A stretch of 64,000 nt of DNA from Fervidobacterium sp. (GTDB taxonomy: Bacteria > Thermotogota > Thermotogae > Thermotogales > Fervidobacteriaceae): assembly GCA_049970055.1 (NCBI GenBank), contig JBMFNR010000001.1:96001-160000 (forward strand), given 5' to 3'. The notes under the pieces are model-generated. The model ran no database searches. It worked only from the letters and a program-made list of their open reading frames with translations, and was not told where the DNA came from. The position numbers were made by a program, and so were the translations under genes. Shown here piece by piece: positions 52,564-63,205 of this stretch (its first letter is position 1; every line of letters starts with the position of its first letter).

Positions 52564-53351
52564 TAAGCACCAGCTCCCTGGACTTGTGCTTCGTATTTGG
52601 CCCTTTCTTGAGATGGCAAGTACGACTTTAGTTTTTCTTCCAGTACTCTTGGATTTTCACCTGCTTGAATCGATAATATTCCTTCTAGTATCATTCTCTT
52701 ATACACTTCAAGGTCGGCTGCCCTTCTTGTGATTTTCTCAGCGACAGGTATTCCAACAATATTAGCCAAAATTGAACCGTACAACGTTGTGATAAGAGCA
52801 ACAGCCATCGATGGACCAAGTGTCTCAGGGTTATTTAGACTTTTAAGCATTTGAATCAATCCGACAAGTGTTCCAATCATACCAAACGCTGGCCCGAATG
52901 TACCCAAAGAGTCAAAAAAGCCTTTTTGATCCATCATCTCTGATGTTGCCATATCAATTTCGATTTCCATCATTGTTCTTAAGACCTCTGGTTCTGTACC
53001 ATCGACAACTAATTGCACAGCTTTTTTAAAGTACGGATCTTGAATTTCCTCTATACTCGATTCTAATGATAGAAGTCCTTCCCTTCGAGCCTTTTCAGAA
53101 AAACTTACAAGAGTTCTTAAAGTACCAACGTAGTCAATTTTCGGCTCTTTTATAGCTCCCATAATCACCTTTACAATTCCGAAAACAACACTTTTTTTAT
53201 TAGCAGTTATCGCCGAAGAAATTGCTCCACCAACGGTTATAACTACGGAAGGAATATTGATAAAAGTTGCAAAGTCCCCAGATCCACTTATTATTCCGTA
53301 GACCATCATTCCAAAGCCGATCACAATACCTAAGACTACTGTTATATCCAT
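52563..53351 (-). CDS. motA: Flagellar stator A subunit
   Basis: ARREGLLSLE, PAFGMIGTLVGL, ALITTLYG and GENP motifs; start ATG 53351. Confidence 0.95.
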   Translation of the reverse strand: MDITVVLGIVIGFGMMVYGIISGSGDFATFINIPSVVITVGGAISSAITANKKSVVFGIVKVIMGAIKEPKIDYVGTLRTLVSFSEKARREGLLSLESSIEEIQDPYFKKAVQLVVDGTEPEVLRTMMEIEIDMATSEMMDQKGFFDSLGTFGPAFGMIGTLVGLIQMLKSLNNPETLGPSMAVALITTLYGSILANIVGIPVAEKITRRAADLEVYKRMILEGILSIQAGENPRVLEEKLKSYLPSQERAKYEAQVQGAGA

Positions 53352-53383
53352 CCGGATCACCTACCAATTTGGTGAGATTGCTA

Positions 53384-53587
53384 TTACTCTTCTTGATAAT
53401 TCGGCGGAAGTATGATTTTTCTTTTGTATTCAAGGACCTTTTTAACAACTTCTTCAACAGGATCAGCTACAATGTATTTTTTTCCATTAAAAAGTGTAAT
53501 CGTAGTATCTGGATTGGCTTCTATTTTCTCTATATACTCGGCGTTTAAATAGAATTCTTTACCGTTCAATCCTGTAAGTTTTATCAT
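53384..53587 (-). CDS. flbD: Flagellar FlbD (SwrD) family protein
   Basis: MIKLT.LNG.EFYLNA..IE.IEA.PDTTITL..G.KY.V. Confidence 0.9.
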   Translation of the reverse strand: MIKLTGLNGKEFYLNAEYIEKIEANPDTTITLFNGKKYIVADPVEEVVKKVLEYKRKIILPPNYQEE

Positions 53588-53629
53588 TTTCATACCTCAC
53601 TTCTTCTTTTATTATTTTGCTATTTCAGG

Positions 53630-55945
53630 TTATCTTCTCAAGTTAACAACTTCCTGCAATATCTGATCTGCCGTTGTTATTGTTCTAGCGTTCGCCTGAA
53701 AACCTCTTTGTGCGATTATCAACTTTGTGAATTCTTCTGAAAGATCTACATTAGACATTTCTAGTGCCCCAGCAATAAGTGACCCGAATCCACCTTTTCC
53801 AGGTTGTCCAATCCTTGCTGTACCACTGTTAGCGCTTTCTCCGTAAAGTGAATTGCCCATTTCCAATAGACCTGCGGGGTTATTAAATGTTGCAAGAGAA
53901 ACTTTCCCCAAAACATCAACAAGACCGTTCGTAAATGAACCGATTATATCGCCATTTTCATTTATTGAGAATGACTCTAATACTCCCTGTGCATTACCAT
54001 CTTGACTTTTTACAAACGCGTCAGCTAACGCCGCAAATTGTGTCATGCTGTTGAGATCGAGTTTTATTTTTACAATACCATCTCCATTTTCGCCGGCATT
54101 GAACATAATAGCATCTATATTTTCCCCTTCAGAAATTCTACCAGTTTCTGGATCAAATGAATTAACTCCCAAAAGTCTTCCTGTTTTATCAAATCTAACA
54201 ACTCCATACGTTCCACCTGTTATTTCTGTTCCCGTATCATAATTTGATAAGTATTTGATATTTTCACCTGAAGCGCTCCTTATCCTAAATGCCCATACAT
54301 TCTCTTTATCAGCGTACACGGAGGCGAGTTTCACAAAGTCGATGTATAACGTATACGGGTTACCAAGTGAGTCGTACACTTGCGTTGATGTTGTGTAGAA
54401 TGGTGATTTAAATGAAACTACTGAGAAATTTGTTGGGTTGTCCGCTTCATAAAACCTTGGTTCACCAGAACCTGGAATTGTCAATAAGTCAACTTTTGAT
54501 GGTTGGTAAACTTCGTCAATATACGAGTTCCCATTGATGAAGTTGTCGTCGTACAGTGTGTTCGTGCCATTGAGTAGTAAGACGTTGTATGTACCAATTA
54601 CATCCCCCTTTACACTATTTCTAACAGTTCTTATTACTCCGTATTTTCCTTGCGTATATTCAAATGAAATCTTGCCATTGCCACTTCCATCATCCGTTGC
54701 AGTGACTACTTCGGAACCAAAAACTTTGCCATTTATCATAATCTTTACTCTGTATTGTATTCCCGGAACAAGTGAAGCATCAGCTATCGTTTGTGTGCCT
54801 GCTGCTGTTATATCTTGTGGAGCAAGAGTGGTTGGTGTTCCATCGAGATTCTCAACAATGTATTGAACTATAAAGTTTCTTGAAAGTTGCCCATTAGCCG
54901 GAGACGTTGTTGTTTGATAATCAAATTGTGTATCAACAGGTGAAACTTCCTGTGTTGAAGCTGCTATCTCAACACTATAAGTATTGCCATCAATTAACTT
55001 TTCAGAAGTGATTGCTTCTGTAACCGAGCCATTTAAAACATTACGAGAAAGTGTATCAATTATTTTTCCATTGCTATCTCTGATTATAAACAAGTAATTT
55101 CCATCTTGTTGTTGTATGGGATTTGTGAGTGTGAGTGTTCCACCTGATGCCGTTCCCGATAATTTCTGTTTTATTGCACCAGCACTCACGACGTTGCCAA
55201 ATTTATCAAATTTCATGTAAACTTTTCCGTCTAACTTATCGTCTAAATTGGCATCTATTTTTCCCATGTAAATCTGATAATCTCCAAATACATCGCTGAG
55301 TCCTCCAAGATCTCGTTCAAATGTGACTTTCGTGTTTATTGTACGACCGCCGTATCCATTTATAGCGATAACAAATTTTTCTGGGCCCACTCTTGCGTCC
55401 AAATTACCTGCAAGTGTCATCCTTGATGTCTGCTTAGCTGCCATTCCCAACCCTGCAGAAATTTGTATGTCACTAATGGGCTTGTTTGTGTCAACGTACC
55501 TTCTACCAGACATAGGATCTACTTCGGCAACCCAACCTTGCAATTTCAAACCCGTTGTTGGTTGAACCACGGTACCATTTAAATCAAGATCAAAATTTCC
55601 AGATCGTGTATAGAAATATCTTTGACCATTCGAAAGTATGAAGAAACCTTCACCCTGTATTGCAAGATCTGTCTTTTTACCAGTATTCTGGAAGCTACCT
55701 TGATTCATTATCTTGTCTATCGATGCAACTCTCATACCGTATCCGATCTGTTTCGGATTTGTACCGCCAGTATTATTCGATGCCCTCTTTGACATGTCTA
55801 ATATCTGTGAGAAATTTGTTGCATATGTGACACGTGCGCCTTTGAAACCTATCGTGTTAACGTTTGCAATGTTATTACTTACAACATCTATCTCCTGCTG
55901 AAATCCCTGAAGACCAGAAACACCACTGTAAAGAGACCTCATCAT
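53630..55945 (-). CDS. flgE: Flagellar hook protein with a large central insertion
   Basis: MRSLYSGVSGL, NNIANVNT.GFK, DLAIQGEGFF and LEMSNVDLSEEF..LI.AQRGFQAN. Confidence 0.93.
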   Translation of the reverse strand: MMRSLYSGVSGLQGFQQEIDVVSNNIANVNTIGFKGARVTYATNFSQILDMSKRASNNTGGTNPKQIGYGMRVASIDKIMNQGSFQNTGKKTDLAIQGEGFFILSNGQRYFYTRSGNFDLDLNGTVVQPTTGLKLQGWVAEVDPMSGRRYVDTNKPISDIQISAGLGMAAKQTSRMTLAGNLDARVGPEKFVIAINGYGGRTINTKVTFERDLGGLSDVFGDYQIYMGKIDANLDDKLDGKVYMKFDKFGNVVSAGAIKQKLSGTASGGTLTLTNPIQQQDGNYLFIIRDSNGKIIDTLSRNVLNGSVTEAITSEKLIDGNTYSVEIAASTQEVSPVDTQFDYQTTTSPANGQLSRNFIVQYIVENLDGTPTTLAPQDITAAGTQTIADASLVPGIQYRVKIMINGKVFGSEVVTATDDGSGNGKISFEYTQGKYGVIRTVRNSVKGDVIGTYNVLLLNGTNTLYDDNFINGNSYIDEVYQPSKVDLLTIPGSGEPRFYEADNPTNFSVVSFKSPFYTTSTQVYDSLGNPYTLYIDFVKLASVYADKENVWAFRIRSASGENIKYLSNYDTGTEITGGTYGVVRFDKTGRLLGVNSFDPETGRISEGENIDAIMFNAGENGDGIVKIKLDLNSMTQFAALADAFVKSQDGNAQGVLESFSINENGDIIGSFTNGLVDVLGKVSLATFNNPAGLLEMGNSLYGESANSGTARIGQPGKGGFGSLIAGALEMSNVDLSEEFTKLIIAQRGFQANARTITTADQILQEVVNLRR

Positions 55946-55958
55946 ATATCAATCACCC

Positions 55959-56615
55959 CTATGCATAGATTTCTGATATCTCTGAAATATCGTAGATTTT
56001 GCTATTAACCACTACGTTTATCTTACCACTATCGAATTGAACACCTGATACTGTTCCACTCTCAACACTGGGTATCTCATCATACCCACCATCGGGTTTA
56101 ATCTTTAAAATTCTAAATATATACTTACCATCCTTGACTTTCAGTCCTTTATCATCTTTCCCATCCCAAGCGAATAATTGCAAGCCAGCTTCTACTTGAC
56201 CTATTTTTTCTTCTTTAATAAGTTTTCCATTTGAATCAAATATCTTAATAACTATGTTTGAAGGTGTATCGACATTAAATACTTTCGACTCTGCCACACC
56301 ATTTTCAACATTTATCACGTTTGTTTTTACAACAGCTGTCTTTCCTATCATTGAAACTGCCTGGGTTCTGTAGAGCTGTGAAGCCGTGTCTACAAATGAC
56401 TGAACTGACTTGCTCATGTTCATTATCTGTTCTAGTGAAGAAAGCTGCGACATCTGTGCTATAAAGTCCCTATCTTTCATAGGTTCCAGTGGATCTTGAC
56501 TTTTCAATTGTGTTATGAGTAATCTTAAGAATGCTTCCTTGTCCAAGTCCTTCTTAGTAATCCTTTCGGATGTTGTTGAGAATAAATTAGATGTCGCGCT
56601 CACGTTCATCATCAT
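55959..56615 (-). CDS. flgD: Flagellar hook capping protein
   Basis: FLRLLITQLKSQDPLEP, F.AQM.Q.S.LEQ and F.WDG motifs. Confidence 0.95.
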   Translation of the reverse strand: MMMNVSATSNLFSTTSERITKKDLDKEAFLRLLITQLKSQDPLEPMKDRDFIAQMSQLSSLEQIMNMSKSVQSFVDTASQLYRTQAVSMIGKTAVVKTNVINVENGVAESKVFNVDTPSNIVIKIFDSNGKLIKEEKIGQVEAGLQLFAWDGKDDKGLKVKDGKYIFRILKIKPDGGYDEIPSVESGTVSGVQFDSGKINVVVNSKIYDISEISEIYA

Positions 56616-59280
56616 CTTGGGTCACCTCTTCGTAAGTATATTTTCTTTTTTGATTTCCTTCATTGTGTTCTCTGTGTTGTCCATGTTGAGAATTTCTGTC
56701 GTGCTCATAGTATTTTTCATCTTCTTTTACCCTTATCTCCACACTTCTAACTTCAAAGTCAAGGTTTGCTAGTCTTTCACGAAGCACTTGAATACTTTTT
56801 TCCAACATTTCCTTTGCTTTCTCGTTTTCCGTAATGAAGGTAATGGATAACTGCCTTCCTTCTTTCTTTAATTCAACATCCAAATTACCTAGATTTTCTG
56901 GAACTAATTTCATTTGTACTCTTTCTTCGCGCATATTTGATAATGAGAATTCCTTTATTCTTTCGTATATCTGTTCAAGATTTCTCGATGCTTGGAGTCT
57001 TTCTGCAAGATCTAACTTATTGGTTTGAGTTGAATGACTTTCCATATTTTGGTCTGCTGCTTTGTAAGTCAATTGAGCTAATCTTTCAACAAACTTATCC
57101 GAAATCTTTGGTTTTTCTTCAGATAAGTTCGAGGAATTTGTATCGTTGATTTTTTCTTTGTACTCAACTTTAAAAGAAGATACTTCCAAATTATTTTTCA
57201 ACGATTCGCCCGGAAAATTCCTAAGACTGTTTTGCTGATCAGTTTCACTCAGACTTGGATTGCCCTTTGAATTTATTGTTGAAAGTACATTTAACGGTGA
57301 CTTTTGAAAATCTTGCTGGACGGTATTTTGTTCATAATTTGGTTTCACATTTTGAGTTCCAAACTTAACTAAACCATTTAAACTGTCAAAGCTTTCAATA
57401 TTCTTCTTTTCAAATACCACTTCTCTTTCCTGAACTTCTAACCTTGCTTTATTTTCCCCAGATTTTTTATAGTTGCCTCTTAGCAGCTGTGTTTCTTGTA
57501 TTATTCTAATCTCCTTTACCATATCCGACAGTTTTCGACTGGAATCTTCAATGCTTTCGACTTTAAAATTACCTTTACTATTCACCATGATTAAACGCGG
57601 TAAATTGATCAAATCCAGTGGATTGACGGGACTATTTATAGTATGTTTACCATTCATAGTGCTGAGCGGGTCAGCTGTAACGTTATTTAAATAGTTGCTT
57701 CTTTTAGTAAATGTCTCTGAAGATTTATTCGAATAGACAAGTTTTGGTGTGCTTTCTTCTTTTGAAGTGATAACAATACTCGGGATTCCAGAAATGTTTT
57801 GAAAAGCACTTAGTTCATTAATCTGGTTTGAAAGATTTCTTATCTGGTTTACGTATGTATCTATTTTGACGCTGTAAACTTTATCTACTTTTTTATCAAC
57901 TTTATCCTCTTTCCATGTTGATCGAATAAAAGTGTCATCCGTGTCCACCCATTTACTCGATCTTTCATCCGTTATTGATGAGCTTTTTCTCTCTGGTTCA
58001 TTTGTAACGATCTTTGCAATTTTCTCCTTTGTTATTTCATATTGCCCAAATTCAAACATTTTAGAATCTGCATCTTCTTTAGTATTTGCTAAGGCATTTT
58101 CTTTGATGCTTTCATTTAGTAATTTTTTAGTGTTCGAATTTCTTGCCGGTACTTTTATTGTTTCTTCAGTTTTAGAGCTTAATATATTACCATCCTGTTT
58201 GTTTTGCCGCACTAAATTGTATGTTTCAGTGTGTTGTACGTGAGGTTGAATTATCTCACTTTGAGTATGTGGATTTTTGTTTCCAGATTTGATACTTTCT
58301 TGATCTTTCTCATGAACATTTTCTGTAATTTTTTGTTTTACCTCTTTACTCTCGTAATTTTTGTGATCTTCGTAAAGTAAATTCAAATTTTTCGTGGGAA
58401 CATTTTCTTTTAAGTTTACAGTATGGCTCTGAATCACGGGCGTAGTTGCTTTTTTGTTGTATTCTTTTTCAGGTTGATTGCCTATCGATTTTGAGTGTTC
58501 ATTAAAAACTGAGTTTCTTGATTGGTATTGTTTCTCGTTATAATTGATATCAGTCGTTCTGGTATATTGCTTTTCTAATTTATTGTCAGCATTTTCCAAA
58601 TTGTCATTATTTGGATTACTGCTTTTCGCAAGATGAACTTCAGTACCTTTGGCATCTTCAAATGTTTGGTGTATGTTAGAATAGTTTTGTTTCTTATCCG
58701 TACTCTGAGAGTCACTTTTGGGTAAATCACTCAATTTCTTGAGAACTTCGGAAAGTTGCTCTTTTTCATCGTTTTCAATATCATTTCTAAACGTGTTAAC
58801 TGTATTTACTTCAGTTGTTTTTTCTGTTTCGTTAATAGTTTTTTTAGTCATATCAACCACTGACTTTCCAGTGATTTTCGCACTTTCATCCCTTGTAATT
58901 GTGTTTTGTGAAAGTTTATTCTTCTCGCTAGGTAAATCTTGATTTTTTTGAATCTGTTCAGATGTTTGCTGCTGTGTGTGTTGCAAGATTTCAGATGAAT
59001 ATTTACCCGGGTTTACCGTTGCTTTTTGACTGATTTGGACGTTTTCATTTTTTCCAGAAAGTGATGTATTTATATTATTTGCATCTTTTTGATTTACCTT
59101 TTGATTTGTTTTTTCCAAGGAATTCATCTGACTAATAATTTTCTGCAAGATCTCATCAAATGTCTTGCCAACATTTTGATCAGCATTTTCGATTTGATTT
59201 ATCACATTTTGGATAACTTCTGGACTTTGAGCTTGACTCTGAGTTTGAATAAGTTTAGATAGGTTTGCTATTTTAATCAA
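56587..59280 (-). CDS. fliK: Flagellar hook-length control protein
   Basis: Long low-complexity N/K/S/E/Q-rich region plus C-terminal T3S4 domain (L.PENLG.LDVEL); directly upstream of flgD. Confidence 0.85.
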   Translation of the reverse strand: MIKIANLSKLIQTQSQAQSPEVIQNVINQIENADQNVGKTFDEILQKIISQMNSLEKTNQKVNQKDANNINTSLSGKNENVQISQKATVNPGKYSSEILQHTQQQTSEQIQKNQDLPSEKNKLSQNTITRDESAKITGKSVVDMTKKTINETEKTTEVNTVNTFRNDIENDEKEQLSEVLKKLSDLPKSDSQSTDKKQNYSNIHQTFEDAKGTEVHLAKSSNPNNDNLENADNKLEKQYTRTTDINYNEKQYQSRNSVFNEHSKSIGNQPEKEYNKKATTPVIQSHTVNLKENVPTKNLNLLYEDHKNYESKEVKQKITENVHEKDQESIKSGNKNPHTQSEIIQPHVQHTETYNLVRQNKQDGNILSSKTEETIKVPARNSNTKKLLNESIKENALANTKEDADSKMFEFGQYEITKEKIAKIVTNEPERKSSSITDERSSKWVDTDDTFIRSTWKEDKVDKKVDKVYSVKIDTYVNQIRNLSNQINELSAFQNISGIPSIVITSKEESTPKLVYSNKSSETFTKRSNYLNNVTADPLSTMNGKHTINSPVNPLDLINLPRLIMVNSKGNFKVESIEDSSRKLSDMVKEIRIIQETQLLRGNYKKSGENKARLEVQEREVVFEKKNIESFDSLNGLVKFGTQNVKPNYEQNTVQQDFQKSPLNVLSTINSKGNPSLSETDQQNSLRNFPGESLKNNLEVSSFKVEYKEKINDTNSSNLSEEKPKISDKFVERLAQLTYKAADQNMESHSTQTNKLDLAERLQASRNLEQIYERIKEFSLSNMREERVQMKLVPENLGNLDVELKKEGRQLSITFITENEKAKEMLEKSIQVLRERLANLDFEVRSVEIRVKEDEKYYEHDRNSQHGQHREHNEGNQKRKYTYEEVTQDDDERERDI

Positions 59281-60221
59281 AATTTAGCCCCCCTGTTCAT
59301 GATTTCTATGAATAACTCCTCTTCCTTATCCTTTATGTCTTTCAATAGTCTTACCATTGTTGCATTATCTACATTGGAAAGTACATAGAAGACAAGATCT
59401 GGTCGAGATTTGATTTTAAGAATAAAATTCCACAATTCATCGTAATTCATGTCCCTCAAGAAAGCGGATACACCTTTGCTAAAGCCACTGAGTGTAACGA
59501 GCTCTGCTTCTGTGTTTACCATGTCGGATATTGCATTTTTCAGTTCTTCTACTTTGAAATCTATATCACTTATAATCTGATCGACACCGCCCATTTTTTC
59601 AACGACCTGAGCTGCTTTGGTTGGATTGATAGATGTGAGTTGTTGCAACATTTCCGCTCTTGTGTCAGATGGTAATTTCGAGAAAACAATTGCAAGTGTT
59701 TCAACTGACATATTATCAGCATTCATCAACCTTCTAAGTTGTGCAGGATCAGAGTTTAAAAACGTATCGACTATATCTTGTAATCGTTTCAAAGTAACTG
59801 TATCTTGTACCTTGCTTAATTCTTCTTTTAATTTTTTCTCTTTCCAGCTTTCTTCCACAGCTTTAATGGAACTAAATAGCTTATCGACCTGCGCCTCTTT
59901 ATCGGCAAGTGCCTTTTCTTTATTTTCTATTTCTTTCATACTGCTTTCAAGTTGCTGGCTGTACTCGTTGTAAATTTTCTCAAAATATTCTCTTGCCGTC
60001 ATAACTTCGAGGCTTTCGTAATTTACAAAATTCTTTACAAAAGGTATTTTTGAAAACAAATAACTAACGTAACTTCGCCATGCTTGAAATACACTCACAT
60101 TTTCACCGTACAATTGTTTCACGAGAAAAGATGAATAACCATAAAAAAACAATATCGTCAAGATCAAAATAGCAAGCAAAATTCCAAGCAGAATTTTCAA
60201 CACATTCGATATTTTTGGCAT
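59277..60221 (-). CDS. YlxF/MotE-like flagellar protein (TM, coiled coil, MgtE-N-like helical domain)
   Basis: N-terminal TM, coiled coil, P..AA..V motif; occupies the ylxF position before fliK. Confidence 0.6.
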   Translation of the reverse strand: MPKISNVLKILLGILLAILILTILFFYGYSSFLVKQLYGENVSVFQAWRSYVSYLFSKIPFVKNFVNYESLEVMTAREYFEKIYNEYSQQLESSMKEIENKEKALADKEAQVDKLFSSIKAVEESWKEKKLKEELSKVQDTVTLKRLQDIVDTFLNSDPAQLRRLMNADNMSVETLAIVFSKLPSDTRAEMLQQLTSINPTKAAQVVEKMGGVDQIISDIDFKVEELKNAISDMVNTEAELVTLSGFSKGVSAFLRDMNYDELWNFILKIKSRPDLVFYVLSNVDNATMVRLLKDIKDKEEELFIEIMNRGAKF

Positions 60222-60299
60222 CTATCCACCCCACTGTGATGTTATCTACCAACTTATTTTTCTTCTACGACACATTAGATTCCTAAAATAGTAAAATAA

Positions 60300-60325
60300 A
60301 AGCGGGCCGGTTTTACAGCCCGCTT
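60300..60325 (-). terminator. Intrinsic terminator after the EF-G-like gene
   Basis: AAGCGGGC...GCCCGCTT stem followed on the minus strand by TTATTTT. Confidence 0.8.
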
Positions 60326-60365
60326 CTGTATTTCTAAATTACGATTATACTTCGATTAACTTTGT

Positions 60366-62423
60366 TTACTCTTCTTGTTGTTCTTCAAGGTACTTCTTAC
60401 GTTCTGCTATTATCTTTTCTTGTATGTTTGGTGGTACAACATCGTATTTTTCAAATCTCATCGTGAAGTAGCCTCTACCACTTGTTATTGATGAAAGTCT
60501 TCCTTGGAAATCAAGCATCTCGGCGAGCGGTACTTCCGCTTTAACAACAGTTATACCCTTACCAGCGGGTTCCATTCCCATCGGTCTACCTCTTCGTGAA
60601 CTAATGTCACCCATTACATCTCCAGCGTTTTCATCTGGTGTGAAAACTTCAACGTACATTACCGGTTCGAGAATCACAGGTTTGGCCTGCTGCATACCTT
60701 TTTTAAAGGCTTGTATTGCCGCTATTTGGAATGAAATATCTGATGAGTCAACCTCATGATACGAACCATCGAACAGGGTAACGCGTACATCTACAACTGG
60801 ATAAGCTGCAAGGACTCCTTTTTTCATAGCCTCACGGATGCCTTTTTCAACAGATGGTATAAAGTTCCTTGGGATAACTCCACCAACTATCTTATCAACA
60901 AATTCAAAACCTGTACCACGTTCTGCTGGTTCAATTAAAATCTTGACATGACCATATTGACCGTGACCACCTGATTGCTTTTTGTGCTTATGTTCAGCTT
61001 CCGCACGACCAAGTACCGTTTCTCTGTATGCAATCTTTGGCTTACCGACTTCCACATCTACACCGAATATATTTTTCAGTCTTTCAACCATAACATCAAG
61101 GTGCATACCACCAATACCAGAGATAACAGTTTCAGATGTTTCTGGATCAAATTCCCACGCGAATGTTGGATCTGAATCTGCAAGCCGGCTCAAACCATTG
61201 CTGATTTTATCGATATCTGACTTTGACTTTGGATTAACACTCTTTGAAATCATAGGTTCTGGATAACTTGGAGAAATAATTGTGAGCTTTCGATCTTTGT
61301 GTGTTATCGTATCTTTAACACCACTATCTTTAAGCTTTGGAAGAACCACGATATCGCCGCAAGAAGCTTCCTCAACTTCATATGTATCTTTACCTTTAGC
61401 AAAGTACACATGTCCTACCTTTTCCTGAGTATTTCTTGTTACATTATTAAAAGTATCACCAGGTTTCATGGTACCTGAAATAATCTTAATAAAGCTTAAC
61501 TTACCAACGAATGGATCGACCACAGCTTTAAAAGTGTATCCTACAAGAGGATCACTTTCAGAGGGTACCACTTCGACTTCGTCTCCACTTTCAAGTTGGG
61601 CTTTGTAAGGTTTAGTTTCAAGTGGAGAGGCACCAACTAAATTTATAGCTTTAAGTAAAAAGTCGACACCAATGTTTTTTTCTGCAGAACCTGCAAGTAC
61701 TGGTACAACCTGTCTGCTAATGAAACCTTTTCTTAAAGCATTCCAGAGTTCTTCTGGAGTGATCGGTTCTTCCGCAAAGTACTTTTCCATCAATGCATCG
61801 TCTAACGAAACGATGTCTTCCATTATCGACATCTTTAGTTCCTCGACCTTATCTTTAAATTCCGCTGGGATATCAGATTCTTTTACTTTACCGTTTTCGT
61901 AGACGTAAGACTTTCCAGAGAGTAAATCAACAATTCCTCTGAAGTTTGCTTCCTGCCCTATTGGGTAAACGATGGGCACGATTTTCTGTTCGAATCTTTC
62001 TTTCAGTGATGAGATTGAATTTTCAAAATTTGCCCTTTCCTTATCCATCTGATTTATAAAAACCATTATTGGTTTTTCCATCTCCGTTGCAAGTGCCCAT
62101 GTTCTTTCAGTTTGAATTTCAACTCCAGCGGTTGCATTAACGACACTAACTACATTTTCAGATACAAATACAGCACTTATAACTTCTCCGATGAAATCGC
62201 TGAAACCAGGTGTATCTATCAAAGTAATCTGCTTTCCTTCAAATTTGAAAGTTCCTACGTGCGAGTTTATACTCGCACCCCTTTGCACCTCTATCGGGTC
62301 AGAATCTATATCTTTTTTCGTTACGTTAAACCCACCAAGGTTTAATACACTAATAATCAATGTAGACTTACCAGAGCCGTTATGTCCTACAAGCACTACC
62401 GTGCGCTTGTCCTTTGCAACCAT
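60366..62423 (-). CDS. fusA: Elongation factor G paralogue (EF-G2 type)
   Basis: EF-G domain order with KKQSGGHGQYG, DGSYHEVDSS and LEPVM; G-motifs diverged (GHNGSGKST, DTPGF, NQMD). Confidence 0.88.
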   Translation of the reverse strand: MVAKDKRTVVLVGHNGSGKSTLIISVLNLGGFNVTKKDIDSDPIEVQRGASINSHVGTFKFEGKQITLIDTPGFSDFIGEVISAVFVSENVVSVVNATAGVEIQTERTWALATEMEKPIMVFINQMDKERANFENSISSLKERFEQKIVPIVYPIGQEANFRGIVDLLSGKSYVYENGKVKESDIPAEFKDKVEELKMSIMEDIVSLDDALMEKYFAEEPITPEELWNALRKGFISRQVVPVLAGSAEKNIGVDFLLKAINLVGASPLETKPYKAQLESGDEVEVVPSESDPLVGYTFKAVVDPFVGKLSFIKIISGTMKPGDTFNNVTRNTQEKVGHVYFAKGKDTYEVEEASCGDIVVLPKLKDSGVKDTITHKDRKLTIISPSYPEPMISKSVNPKSKSDIDKISNGLSRLADSDPTFAWEFDPETSETVISGIGGMHLDVMVERLKNIFGVDVEVGKPKIAYRETVLGRAEAEHKHKKQSGGHGQYGHVKILIEPAERGTGFEFVDKIVGGVIPRNFIPSVEKGIREAMKKGVLAAYPVVDVRVTLFDGSYHEVDSSDISFQIAAIQAFKKGMQQAKPVILEPVMYVEVFTPDENAGDVMGDISSRRGRPMGMEPAGKGITVVKAEVPLAEMLDFQGRLSSITSGRGYFTMRFEKYDVVPPNIQEKIIAERKKYLEEQQEE

Positions 62424-62554
62424 TTCCCCACCTCCAACGGTTATTGTATAGTTATTGTAAAGTTTTTTAGGTAAAAATACATCGTTTTAATATTTTACCA
62501 GAATATTTCTTTTTTTCAAAGTCTGTATCTTCATTCCAGGAACTTCCACAGAGA

Positions 62555-63085
62555 CTAATAATGTTTTTTAACCTTATAATGCATGTTTATTGTACCTTTA
62601 TCATTCAATTTTCTTATATTTTCCAAAACTAAATCATATTTCTTTTCAATTTTATCGGAAAACACATTTATGTTTCCTGGTAATAAGATGGGTTCCACAG
62701 TTATGTGTAAATCCGTAACTATTCCACTGATCATGAACTGAGTGAACACGCTCTGTCCACCAATAACACTTATACTCTCGTAACCCATGGAACTAAGTCT
62801 ATCAACAACATCTTCGACATCGCCTGACATTATAACTTCTGGTACACTTAGGTTCACCTGTGAAAAATATTCTGAACTTTTACTAGTCAAAACGATATTC
62901 AATCTTCCCGGCAAGTTTCTTCCAATACTCTCGTAAGTTTTTCTACCCATCACCACGACTCCGGTCTCCGTTGTAATCTGTTTGAATAAAGCCTTATCTT
63001 CTTTACTTGACCATCGAACGTTGTCATATTCGCTCGTTGCAATTATGCCTCTTACATCTGTTACAACGACCAGGTGAACACGCAT
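62555..63085 (-). CDS. folA: Dihydrofolate reductase
   Basis: WSSKEDK..F, VVMGRKTYESIG..LPGR, VIGG and TVEP motifs. Confidence 0.92.
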   Translation of the reverse strand: MRVHLVVVTDVRGIIATSEYDNVRWSSKEDKALFKQITTETGVVVMGRKTYESIGRNLPGRLNIVLTSKSSEYFSQVNLSVPEVIMSGDVEDVVDRLSSMGYESISVIGGQSVFTQFMISGIVTDLHITVEPILLPGNINVFSDKIEKKYDLVLENIRKLNDKGTINMHYKVKKHY

Positions 63086-63159
63086 ACAATGCCTCCAAGA
63101 AACAGAGAAAAATCATTTTATATGCTTGTTTAATTATAGCATATATATAATAAAAAGAC

Positions 63160-63183
63160 AACGCCAGGCATCTGCCTGGCGTT
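63160..63183 (-). terminator. Intrinsic terminator after groL
   Basis: AACGCCAGGCA-TC-TGCCTGGCGTT hairpin followed on the minus strand by GTCTTTTT. Confidence 0.88.
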
Positions 63184-63205
63184 ATGTTTCGCATTAGTTT
63201 ATCTA

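Noticed and set aside
60222..60299. Sigma-28 promoter for the flagellar operon
   Set aside because: No convincing TAAA-N15-GCCGATAA match.
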